The position numbers were made by a program, and so were the translations under genes. From the NCBI RefSeq assembly GCF_030013595.1, contig NZ_CP122768.1: 64,000 nt of DNA. One strand, written 5' to 3'. This DNA is from Escherichia coli (GTDB lineage Bacteria > Pseudomonadota > Gammaproteobacteria > Enterobacterales > Enterobacteriaceae). Position 1 is the stretch's first letter, and every line of letters begins with the position of its first letter. The notes below the pieces were generated by a model. The model saw nothing but the letters and a program-made list of their open reading frames with translations, was not told the origin of the DNA and ran no database searches. Shown one piece after another: positions 22,332 through 30,924 of the stretch.

Positions 22332-23272
22332 CCGTGTTCTCCCACGCTTTTTTGCTGATGCTTGTGGAACCACATTATCGGCACAATTAGCAGCAGCAAC
22401 ATGATGATCGCTACCGCTGAGGCCACCGGCCAGTCGCGGTTGTTAAAGAACTCCTGCCACAGCACGCGCCCGATCATGATGCTGTCCGGGCCACCGAGCA
22501 GTTCAGGGATCACAAACTCGCCCACAGCCGGGATAAACACCAGCATCGATCCGGCAATAATCCCGCCTTTGGTCAGCGGCACGATCACAGTAAAGAACGT
22601 TTTCAGCGGTCGTGCACCGAGATCCAGTGCCGCTTCCACCAGCGAATAATCAATACGAATCAAGGCGGTGTAGATCGGCAGAACCATAAACGGCACGTAG
22701 GCATAAACAATGCCGATATAAACGGCCAGATTGGTATGCAGAATGGTCAGAGGTTGATCGATAACCCCCAGCCACAGCAGAAAATTATTCAGCACGCCGT
22801 TATTTTTTAATATTCCCATCCAGGCATAAACGCGAATCAGAAACGAGGTCCACGACGGCAGGATCACCAGTAGCAATAAGATATTACGGGTCGAAGGCTT
22901 ACTGTGCGCCACCGCCCACGCCAGCGGATAGCCGATCAGTAAACAGCAAATAGTCGAAATCGCCGCCACCTGTAACGACTGGAGATAAGCATCGAAATAG
23001 AGCGGATCGTCGGTCAGTTGCAGGAAATTACCGAGATTAAGAGTGATGGAAAGTTGCCCGTCAGCCCACTCCATCAGTTCGGTATAAGGTGGAATGGCGC
23101 GCGCCATCTCCGCCAGGCTTATTTTAAAGACGATCAGAAATGGCAGCAGAAACAGCAGGATTAGCCAGATATAGGGCAGCGCAATCACCAGTTTGCGCCC
23201 ATGCTTCATTTGCAACTGCGACAGCCACAGCTTAAAGGGTTTTGGCTGGGCAGCAGGTTCAAGTGTACTCAT
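22328..23272 (-). CDS. potH: Putrescine ABC transporter permease PotH
   Basis: 314-aa ORF MSTLEPAAQPKPFKLWLSQLQMKHGRKLVIALPYIWL... Confidence 0.95.
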   Translation of the reverse strand: MSTLEPAAQPKPFKLWLSQLQMKHGRKLVIALPYIWLILLFLLPFLIVFKISLAEMARAIPPYTELMEWADGQLSITLNLGNFLQLTDDPLYFDAYLQSLQVAAISTICCLLIGYPLAWAVAHSKPSTRNILLLLVILPSWTSFLIRVYAWMGILKNNGVLNNFLLWLGVIDQPLTILHTNLAVYIGIVYAYVPFMVLPIYTALIRIDYSLVEAALDLGARPLKTFFTVIVPLTKGGIIAGSMLVFIPAVGEFVIPELLGGPDSIMIGRVLWQEFFNNRDWPVASAVAIIMLLLLIVPIMWFHKHQQKSVGEHG

Positions 23273-23281
23273 CTTTGCTCC

Positions 23282-24415
23282 TTAAACCGTCAGCACCACA
23301 CAGCTGTCCACTTCCCAGCACAAACGCACTTCATCGCCCCAGGTCGGTAACCCTTTACGATGACGATGGGCGTTTTGTAGCTGGGCGCTAATCATCTGCC
23401 CACTTTTCAGACGAACGTGATACACCGAAAGATCGCCGAGATAGGCAATGTGTATCACCTCCCCCACCGCAAAATTGTAGCCGTCAGCAGGCGGTTGATC
23501 GCAAAGCATGATTTTTTCCGGGCGAAGCGCCACATGCACCGGCACGTTATCGACCACCGAAGCATCTACATCGACTTTCAGTGGATGCACCAGCCCCGGC
23601 GAATAAAGCACCAGACCATCTTCCTGACGCTCTTTGAGTACACCTTCAAAGACATTAACCGAGCCAATAAATTCGGCGCTGTAGCGGGTGGTCGGATGCT
23701 CATAGATCTCTTCCGGTTCGCCAATCTGGACAAATTTCCCACGATTCATAATGGCGATACGCCCCGCCATGGTCATCGCCTCTTCCTGATCGTGGGTGAC
23801 CATCACACAAGTCACACCGACACGCTCCAGAATATCCACCACTTCAAGCTGCATCCGGTCACGCAGCTTTTTATCCAGCGCGCCCATCGGTTCATCGAGC
23901 AGTAATAGTTTCGGGCGCTTGGCAAGGCTTCGGGCCAGGGCCACACGCTGTCGCTGACCGCCGGAAAGCTGATGCGGTTTGCGTTTGGCGAACTCCTGCA
24001 TATGCACCAGCCCGAGCATCTCATTGACCCGGCTGGCAATTTCCGCTTTCGGTAGTTTGTCCTGTTTCAGGCCAAAAGCGATGTTCTGTTCCACGGTCAT
24101 ATGCGGAAACAGCGCGTAAGACTGAAACATCATATTGATGGGGCGCAGGTAAGGCGGAACCTGTGACAAATCGACGCCATCAAGCATTATCTGTCCGGCA
24201 GAAGGTTGTTCGAAACCTGCCAGCATACGCAGCAGCGTGGACTTGCCACAGCCGGATGCACCCAGCAGCGCGAAGATTTCACCTTTGTAGATGGTCAGGC
24301 TGACATCATCCACCGCATGTTGACCATCGTAGGATTTGGTGAGGTTGCGGATTTCTAATAGCGGCGTCAGCGCCTTACGGGTTTTCGCCTGCGGGCGAGG
24401 GATAGCGTCATTCAC
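23282..24415 (-). CDS. potG: Putrescine ABC transporter ATP-binding protein PotG
   Basis: ORF 23282..24496; GTG at 24415 gives (M)NDAIPRPQAKTRKALTPLLEIRNLTKSY, 377 aa; Walker A GASGCGKST. Confidence 0.93.
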   Translation of the reverse strand: MNDAIPRPQAKTRKALTPLLEIRNLTKSYDGQHAVDDVSLTIYKGEIFALLGASGCGKSTLLRMLAGFEQPSAGQIMLDGVDLSQVPPYLRPINMMFQSYALFPHMTVEQNIAFGLKQDKLPKAEIASRVNEMLGLVHMQEFAKRKPHQLSGGQRQRVALARSLAKRPKLLLLDEPMGALDKKLRDRMQLEVVDILERVGVTCVMVTHDQEEAMTMAGRIAIMNRGKFVQIGEPEEIYEHPTTRYSAEFIGSVNVFEGVLKERQEDGLVLYSPGLVHPLKVDVDASVVDNVPVHVALRPEKIMLCDQPPADGYNFAVGEVIHIAYLGDLSVYHVRLKSGQMISAQLQNAHRHRKGLPTWGDEVRLCWEVDSCVVLTV

Positions 24416-24509
24416 GGCTGCTCTCCGGCATTGAATGTGTGCAAGCGCACCATAATGGTGCGAATTGCCGGCGGGTGTGGTGCGCCCGTCCGGCATCTAC
24501 GACTGCGGA

Positions 24510-25622
24510 TTATTTTCCGCTCTTCACTTTGGTCCACGCGCGGGTGCGCACACGGTCTATTTTTGGATCCTGCACTTTCAGAGTGAACAACTTCGCACGA
24601 ACGTCCGCCGGAGGATAAATCCCTGGATTATCACGCACTTCCGCGCTTACCAGCGGCGTAGCTTCTTTGTTCGCGTTGGCATAGAACACATGGTCGGAAA
24701 TATGCGCCACCACATCCGGGTGCAGCAGGTAATTCAGGAACTGATAGGCTTCGTCTTTATTTTTGGCATCCGCAGGCATGGCGAAGACATCAAAGAACGC
24801 CATCGCCCCTTCTTTCGGAATCGAGAACGAGACATTAACGCCATTCTTCGCTTCCTTCGCGCGGTTTGACGCCTGCCAGACATCGCCTGCCCAGCCGATA
24901 GCGACGCAAATATCGCCGTTTGCCAGGTCGTTAATGTATTGCGATGAATGGAAATAACGAATGTTCGGACGCAGCTTTAACAGCAGATCGGTAGCCGGTC
25001 CGGTGTAATCATCCGCTTTAGTGCTGTTGGGATCTTTGCCGAGATAATTCAGCACGGTAGCAAAAACTTCTTCTGGCGCATCGAGGAAAGAGACACCGCA
25101 GCTTTTCAGTTTTTCCAGATTTTCAGGCTTGAGGATCAAGTCCCAGCTATCGACGGGCGCGTTTTCGCCCAGCACCGCTTTGACTTTATCGACGTTATAG
25201 CCAATCCCGGTTGTCGCCCACATATAGGGCATAGCAAATTTATTATCCGGGTCGTGTTTGGCAACCAACTTCAGCAGTTCCGGGTCGAGATTCTTCCACT
25301 CCGGCAATTTACTTTTATCCAGCGGCTGGAAAACTCCCGCAGTCAACTGGCGTTCAAGAAAGCTTGCTGACGGCACCACCAGGTCAAAGCCGGTGCTACT
25401 CGCCATTAATTTGCCTTCCAGTACTTCGTTAGAGTCGAAAACATCGTAGACGACTTTAATACCGGTTTCTTTTTCAAAATTGGCCACCGTGTCCGGGGCG
25501 ATATAATCAGACCAGTTATAAATGTGGAGTGTTTTTTGTTCAGCCGCGAGCGTGCCGACAGAGACGGCCATCAGAGCACCCGCAACCAGACCCGATAGCC
25601 ATTTTTTATTTAAGGCGGTCAT
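24510..25622 (-). CDS. potF: Putrescine-binding periplasmic protein PotF
   Basis: ORF 24510..25772; ATG 25622 gives MTALNKKWLSGLVAGALMAVSVGTLAAEQK, 370 aa. Confidence 0.95.
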   Translation of the reverse strand: MTALNKKWLSGLVAGALMAVSVGTLAAEQKTLHIYNWSDYIAPDTVANFEKETGIKVVYDVFDSNEVLEGKLMASSTGFDLVVPSASFLERQLTAGVFQPLDKSKLPEWKNLDPELLKLVAKHDPDNKFAMPYMWATTGIGYNVDKVKAVLGENAPVDSWDLILKPENLEKLKSCGVSFLDAPEEVFATVLNYLGKDPNSTKADDYTGPATDLLLKLRPNIRYFHSSQYINDLANGDICVAIGWAGDVWQASNRAKEAKNGVNVSFSIPKEGAMAFFDVFAMPADAKNKDEAYQFLNYLLHPDVVAHISDHVFYANANKEATPLVSAEVRDNPGIYPPADVRAKLFTLKVQDPKIDRVRTRAWTKVKSGK

Positions 25623-25972
25623 ATCTCTTTCCTTCTGAAAGTTCGTTAACAAACGAACAAAAGTTGTCACACTGAAAGATATGCAATAAACGTGCATATT
25701 TTTTATCGGCGCGGTGTAAGAAAAGAGAACTCTCTCCCGGCCAGCACTGCTCGCTATATAAAAGCATCGCAAGAATAACTTTAGCCAGGGTTTGAGACTA
25801 TAGCTCGGATTAAAAAACGGTATTTAACAAATTTTTATGCGTATTTGCTCTATGTGATAAAGCCAAATCGGCACAAGAGAAGTGAAATAATCTTTAAGAA
25901 AAGGTTAAAAACAGCAGATAATTTTGCAGCACGCAGTCACTGCGGCAGCGACTGCGTACTCGAAAGGAGTTA

Positions 25973-26449
25973 TCAGTGGAGGAAATAGTTTTCGGTAACG
26001 TTGTTTTGCCCTTCATCGTCAGTCGGTAACAGCAGTTGATGGGCATTAGCTTCAAGAATGACCATCGAAATCTGCTCTTCGCTCTGACGCACGAACCATG
26101 CAAACTGCTCATAGGTTACGCCCTGCATAACGGATAAAGACTGGCAAACCACCAGCTTTGGCAGATTATCATCCTGCATATCAAGAAATGCTTTCACGGT
26201 CAGCGAACTGGCATTGATGGCTGATAAATCCGCCGCCAGCGGCAATACGGCTGAAGGTCGGACTTCCGCCATGGCAGAAAACAGGATCGTGTTATCGATC
26301 AGATCGATTTTGGCATCAAAGACACCGTCGAAATTCTGCATATGGGGCAGATGCAGAGCCTGACAGTTATCACATTCAAAAAAACTCATCCCCAGGTCAT
26401 CGAGCCATTGACGCAACGTATCCAGACCAGGAACGACCAGCGATGTCAT
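25973..26449 (-). CDS. ybjN: YbjN, putative sensory transduction regulator
   Basis: ORF 25973..26497; ATG 26449 gives MTSLVVPGLDTLRQWLDDLGMSFFECDNC, 158 aa. Confidence 0.93.
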   Translation of the reverse strand: MTSLVVPGLDTLRQWLDDLGMSFFECDNCQALHLPHMQNFDGVFDAKIDLIDNTILFSAMAEVRPSAVLPLAADLSAINASSLTVKAFLDMQDDNLPKLVVCQSLSVMQGVTYEQFAWFVRQSEEQISMVILEANAHQLLLPTDDEGQNNVTENYFLH

Positions 26450-26536
26450 AATTTTGTACAACCTCTTTCGATAAAAAGACCGGCACAGCTTACGCAAAAA
26501 GCGCAGGCAAAACCATGATCAGTAATGTGATTGCGA

Positions 26537-27439
26537 CTAACCACCCGTTTTCAGGCAATATTCTGTCGTAGCGTGGCGTTCGATCCAGCGGATCATTTTA
26601 CCCGCGATGTCGATACCGGTGGTTTTTTCTATTCCTTCCAGCCCCGGCGACGCATTCACTTCCATCACCAACGGCCCGCGATTAGCACGCAAAATATCTA
26701 CACCAGCAACGTCCAGCGCCATCGTTCGCGCGGCTTTTATCGCGATTTCACGCTCCTGTGGTGTGATACTGGCGACGCTTGCCGCGCCGCCACGATGCAA
26801 ATTGGAACGAAAATCGCCCTCTTTCGCCCGCCGTTCAATCGCCGCGACCACTTCATCGCCAACAACCAGACAGCGGATATCGCACCCTTGCGCCTCTTTG
26901 ATATATTCCTGCACCAGAATATGCGCGTTCAGACCGCGGAAAGCGTCAATCACGCTTTCGGCCGCCTGACGCGTCTCCGCCAGCACGACGCCAATTCCCT
27001 GCGTGCCTTCAACCAGCTTGACCACCAGCGGCGCACCACCGACCATGTCGATTAAATCGCTGGTATCATCCGGCGAATGCGCAATGCCCGTGACAGGCAG
27101 GTCGATGCCCTGACGCGCCAGCAGTTGCATGGAACGCAATTTGTCACGCGCCCGGGCAATGGCGACCGACTCATTGAGCGGATAGCTCCCCAGCATCTCG
27201 AACTGGCGCAGTGCCGCCGTCCCATAAAAGGTAATGGCGGTGCCAATACGCGGGATCACTGCGTCAAAATGGGGTAACTTGCGGCCTTTGTAGTGAATAG
27301 AAGACGCCGCAGGATTTATGTTCATGTAGCAAGAAAGCGGATCAAGAATTTCAACCAGGTGACCGCGCTGTATAGCGGCTTCACGCAGCCGCTTACACGA
27401 ATAGAGCGTTCCATCCCGGGACAATATGGCAATTTTCAC
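26537..27439 (-). CDS. rimK: Ribosomal protein S6 glutamate ligase RimK (ATP-grasp)
   Basis: 300-aa [37 protein letters not shown]... Confidence 0.96.
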   Translation of the reverse strand: MKIAILSRDGTLYSCKRLREAAIQRGHLVEILDPLSCYMNINPAASSIHYKGRKLPHFDAVIPRIGTAITFYGTAALRQFEMLGSYPLNESVAIARARDKLRSMQLLARQGIDLPVTGIAHSPDDTSDLIDMVGGAPLVVKLVEGTQGIGVVLAETRQAAESVIDAFRGLNAHILVQEYIKEAQGCDIRCLVVGDEVVAAIERRAKEGDFRSNLHRGGAASVASITPQEREIAIKAARTMALDVAGVDILRANRGPLVMEVNASPGLEGIEKTTGIDIAGKMIRWIERHATTEYCLKTGG

Positions 27440-27909
27440 CCTGCACCTCTCTGTCAGACCTGGTCAAAAGCCCGCGTATCATACATCGGCGTGGCGGTTT
27501 TAGCGCGTTGCCCAACCCTGTTTGTGCAAATAATCCAGAATAAATGGGCGGCTTTCTTTAATGATTGTTCGGCGGATATGATCGCTCCAGGTATCCCGGC
27601 GATTATTGCTGCCACGGGTGAGGTAATATTCCGCCAGTTGCTCGTCATACTGCGCCAGTTCGTCTTTATCCAGCGGTTGATAGCTGTTTTCATGCACCAA
27701 AATGGAGGCCGGTAAACGCGGCTTAAGATCTGGATTATCCGCAGGCCAGCCAAGGCACAGCCCAAACAGCGGCAGAACATGCTGCGGTAATTTCAGCAGC
27801 TCCGTCACCGCTTCAATATTATTGCGCAGGCCGCCGATATATACCCCGCCCAATCCCAGCGATTCCGCTGAGGTTAACGCATTCTGCGCCATCATTGCCG
27901 TATCAACGA

Positions 27910-27918
27910 CACCGAGCA
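27910..27918. repeat. IS10 target-site duplication, left copy (CACCGAGCA)
   Basis: Identical 9-mer directly flanks both IS10 termini; IS10/Tn10 makes 9-bp duplications. Confidence 0.85.
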
Positions 27919-27931
27919 CTGAGAGATCCCC

Positions 27932-29140
27932 TCATAATTTCCCCAAAACGTAACCATGTGTGAATAGATTTTGAGTAAGCAGGGTTGCAGCCACGAGTGA
28001 GTCTTCCCTTGTTATTGTGTAGCCAGAATGCCGCAAAACTTCCATGCCTAAGCGAACTGTTGAGAGTACGTTTCGATTTCTGACTGTGTTAGCCTGGAAG
28101 TGCTTGTCCCAACCTTGTTTCTGAGCATGAACGCCCGCAAGCCAACATGTTAGTTGAAGCATCAGGGCGATTAGCAGCATGATATCAAAACGCTCTGAGC
28201 TGCTCGTTCGGCTATGGCGTAGGCCTAGTCCGTAGGCAGGACTTTTCAAGTCTCGGAAGGTTTCTTCAATCTGCATTCGCTTCGAATAGATATTAACAAG
28301 TTGTTTGGGTGTTCGAATTTCAACAGGTAAGTTAGTTGCTAGAATCCATGGCTCCTTTGCCGACGCTGAGTAGATTTTAGGTGACGGGTGGTGACAATGA
28401 GTCCGTGTCGAGCGCTGATTTTTTCGGCCTTTAGAGCGAGATTTATACAATAGAATTTGGCATGAGATTGGATTGCTTTTAGTCAGCCTCTTATAGCCTA
28501 AAGTCTTTGAGTGACTAGATGACATATCATGTAAGTTGCTGATAGGTTTCCAGTTTTCCGCTCCTAGGTCTGCATATTGTACTTTTCCTCTTACTCGACT
28601 TAACCAGTACCAACCCAGCTTCTCAACGGATTTATACCATGGCACTTTAAAGCCAGCATCACTGACAATGAGCGGTGTGGTGTTACTCGGTAGAATGCTC
28701 GCAAGGTCGGCTAGAAATTGGTCATGAGCTTTCTTTGAACATTGCTCTGAAAGCGGGAACGCTTTCTCATAAAGAGTAACAGAACGACCGTGTAGTGCGA
28801 CTGAAGCTCGCAATACCATAAGCCGTTTTTGCTCACGGATATCAGACCAGTCAACAAGTACAATGGGCATCGTATTGCCCGAACAGATAAAGCTAGCATG
28901 CCAACGGTATACAGCGAGTCGCTCTTTGTGGAGGTGACGATTACCTAACAATCGGTCGATTCGTTTGATGTTATGTTTTGTTCTCGCTTTGGTTGGCAGG
29001 TTACGGCCAAGTTCGGTAAGAGTGAGAGTTTTACAGTCAAGTAAGGCGTGGCAAGCCAACGTTAAGCTGTTGAGTCGTTTTAAGTGTAATTCGGGGCAGA
29101 ATTGGTAAAGAGAGTCGTGTAAAATATCGAGTTCGCACAT
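27932..29140 (-). CDS. IS10 transposase
   Basis: 402-aa ORF MCELDILHDSLYQFCPELHLKRLNSLTLACHALLDCKTLTLTELGRNLPTKARTKHNIKRIDRLLGNRHLHKERLAVYRWH..., matches the remembered Tn10/IS10 transposase across its length. Confidence 0.97.
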   Translation of the reverse strand: MCELDILHDSLYQFCPELHLKRLNSLTLACHALLDCKTLTLTELGRNLPTKARTKHNIKRIDRLLGNRHLHKERLAVYRWHASFICSGNTMPIVLVDWSDIREQKRLMVLRASVALHGRSVTLYEKAFPLSEQCSKKAHDQFLADLASILPSNTTPLIVSDAGFKVPWYKSVEKLGWYWLSRVRGKVQYADLGAENWKPISNLHDMSSSHSKTLGYKRLTKSNPISCQILLYKSRSKGRKNQRSTRTHCHHPSPKIYSASAKEPWILATNLPVEIRTPKQLVNIYSKRMQIEETFRDLKSPAYGLGLRHSRTSSSERFDIMLLIALMLQLTCWLAGVHAQKQGWDKHFQANTVRNRNVLSTVRLGMEVLRHSGYTITREDSLVAATLLTQNLFTHGYVLGKL

Positions 29141-29201
29141 TTTGTTGTCTGATTATTGATTTTTGGCGAAACCATTTGATCATATGACAAGATGTGTATC
29201 T
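29133..29201 (+). ncRNA. IS10 RNA-OUT antisense RNA (pOUT transcript), position inferred from the IS10 map
   Basis: Established IS10 biology places pOUT about 115 bp inside the outside end, reading outward across the transposase start at 29138-29140; coordinates come from the known map, not from a motif search. Confidence 0.5.
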
Positions 29202-29247
29202 ACCTTAACTTAATGATTTTGATAAAAATCATTAGGGGATTCATCAG

Positions 29248-29256
29248 CACCGAGCA
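29248..29256. repeat. IS10 target-site duplication, right copy (CACCGAGCA)
   Basis: Identical to 27910..27918. Confidence 0.85.
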
Positions 29257-29543
29257 ACAGTTGTTCCGCCAGGCCAAGTTGTGCATCCGGACAGATCTGT
29301 AAATGGCGGTTAAAGTCGGCACAGAACACCCAGAACTCCGCCGCTTGCGCTACGTGTTTTTGCCCGCCGGTCAGCGTCACCAGTTCATCACGTAACGCTT
29401 TGTCGGTAATGCGAATAATGCTACTGCACTGCAAAAAACTGGAACTGGACGTCGCACGGGCGCTGTTAATAATCGCCTCACGCTGCGCTTCGGAAATGGG
29501 TTCATCAGTGAAATGGCGAATGGAGCGATGGCCACAAATAAGT

Positions 29544-29831
29544 TCAATGGTTGGCGTCATTATCTTTTTCTCTTTCTGAACGTGAATATTGCGGTGGACG
29601 GTTCATCAGCTGTGGGGCAAGACGTTTTGCCACCTGAAGAATAACCACCACCGCAGCGGGAAGCATGAGCAAAACACCGAGAAAAATCATCAGAATCTGC
29701 ACTTCTGGCCGAGAAAATGGCTCAGGCAGCGACAGGGAGCCGCTTACCGACAGCAGCGCCACCGCCAGCAACATCATTCCGATAAATTCCAGTATCAACA
29801 CGCTTTTAGGCAATTTACCGATCGCGCGCAT
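29544..29831 (-). CDS. ybjC: YbjC inner-membrane protein (DUF1418)
   Basis: 95-aa ORF MRAIGKLPKSVLILEFIGMMLLAVALLSVSG... Confidence 0.93.
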   Translation of the reverse strand: MRAIGKLPKSVLILEFIGMMLLAVALLSVSGSLSLPEPFSRPEVQILMIFLGVLLMLPAAVVVILQVAKRLAPQLMNRPPQYSRSEREKDNDANH

Positions 29832-29990
29832 ACGCTTCCCTCTGCAAAGTGAGCCTTCAGTCTAAAACTTTTCACTGTATTGTGTTTAACAGTTATAGCT
29901 TTTAGCAATTAATGCAACAGGTTAAACCTACTTTCAGCGAATAAATTTTAGCGTGATCATTACAGGCATAAATCTATGAGGAGAGAAATA

Positions 29991-30248
29991 ATGCAAACCG
30001 TTATTTTTGGTCGTCCGGGTTGCCCTTACTGTGTGCGTGCAAAAGATCTGGCTGAGAAATTGAGCAATGAACGCGATGATTTTCAGTATCAGTATGTTGA
30101 TATTCGTGCGGAAGGGATCACTAAAGAAGATCTACAACAAAAGGCAGGTAAACCCGTAGAAACCGTGCCGCAGATTTTTGTCGATCAGCAACATATCGGC
30201 GGCTATACCGATTTTGCTGCATGGGTGAAAGAGAATCTGGACGCCTGA
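29991..30248 (+). CDS. grxA: Glutaredoxin 1
   Basis: ORF 29976..30248; ATG 29991 gives MQTVIFGRPGCPYCVRAKDLAEKL with the CPYC active site, 85 aa. Confidence 0.96.
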   Translation: MQTVIFGRPGCPYCVRAKDLAEKLSNERDDFQYQYVDIRAEGITKEDLQQKAGKPVETVPQIFVDQQHIGGYTDFAAWVKENLDA

Positions 30249-30277
30249 TCGTCTGACAAGCCCTCGCGTTGAGGGCT

Positions 30278-30655
30278 TTATTGATTTTTTCTGTGCTGTG
30301 GTTTAAACAAACTACTGATAAATAAGAAACACAGTGCCCCCAGCGCACACCAGAACACCGCACTCAATAACCATGCCAGCTCTTGCCAGAATGAGCGCGT
30401 CGGTGAAAAAAACAGCCGCATAATAAGCATTGAACAGGGTGCCGCCAGCATTGCGCCAAACAGAGGTTTCAGGACTTCTCTACGCTGTGAAAAGAAGCTG
30501 GCAACTGCTCCAGGAAGAATGAAAAACAGCAAGCCGATTTCAGGATGCCCGGCAGCCCGAAAAGCGCCTTTCATGTGCGTCGCCAGAAAAAGGCACACCA
30601 CAATGAAGAGGACAAAACAGCAGATTGCCCCCGCCCAACGTTGTTTATGTTTCAC
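30278..30655 (-). CDS. ybjM: YbjM inner-membrane protein
   Basis: 125-aa ORF MKHKQRWAGAICCFVLFIVVCLFLATHMKG... Confidence 0.92.
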   Translation of the reverse strand: MKHKQRWAGAICCFVLFIVVCLFLATHMKGAFRAAGHPEIGLLFFILPGAVASFFSQRREVLKPLFGAMLAAPCSMLIMRLFFSPTRSFWQELAWLLSAVFWCALGALCFLFISSLFKPQHRKNQ

Positions 30656-30924
30656 TCGTTCCTCCTGACACTGCGTCTATCGAACACATTTTTCGCCAGT
30701 GTGGCGTTCAGTAAGATAAAGCCGCTTCGCATTCCATGCTAATATAGGCCAACGCAATTCATATAGCCGTTGATACCTAATGTGATTACACTAGTAAAAT
30801 ATATTGTTACTTTACTATCGTTTAGGTGCGCTGAATGAATCTGCGCCCTGAATTCTGGTAAAAAACATTATCGTAAATTACCATTTCTTTCAACAGCTTA
30901 CTAGTAAACAAGAAGTTAACCTCC

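Larger units (their letters stand above)
27919..29247 (-). mobile_element. IS10 (IS4 family), complete 1329-bp element; inside end at 27919, outside end at 29247
   Basis: Termini CTGAGAGATCCCCTCATAATTTCCCC (27919 onward) and ...AATGATTTTGATAAAAATCATTAGGGGATTCATCAG (ending 29247) match the IS10 inside and outside ends from memory; length is exactly 1329 bp; encodes the 402-aa transposase. Confidence 0.97.
27500..29560 (-). pseudogene. nfsA: nfsA (oxygen-insensitive NADPH nitroreductase) disrupted by IS10 after codon about 104; N-terminal piece 29248..29560, C-terminal piece 27500..27918
   Basis: Track ORF 29210..29560 = MTPTIELICGHRSIRHFTDEPISEAQ...LGLAEQLLLG then IS-derived ADESPNDFYQNH*; track ORF 27500..27919 = (M)LGVVDTAMMAQNAL...HKQGWATR = NfsA C-terminus; the two pieces join exactly across the 9-bp duplication. 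Confidence 0.92.

Noticed and set aside
23417-23905. 162-aa plus-strand ORF antisense to potG
   Set aside because: Embedded in potG on the opposite strand; no independent support.
27919-29247. Composite transposon Tn10 (tetracycline resistance)
   Set aside because: Only a single IS10 copy is present, bounded by a 9-bp target duplication inside nfsA; no tetA, tetR or second IS10 in the window.
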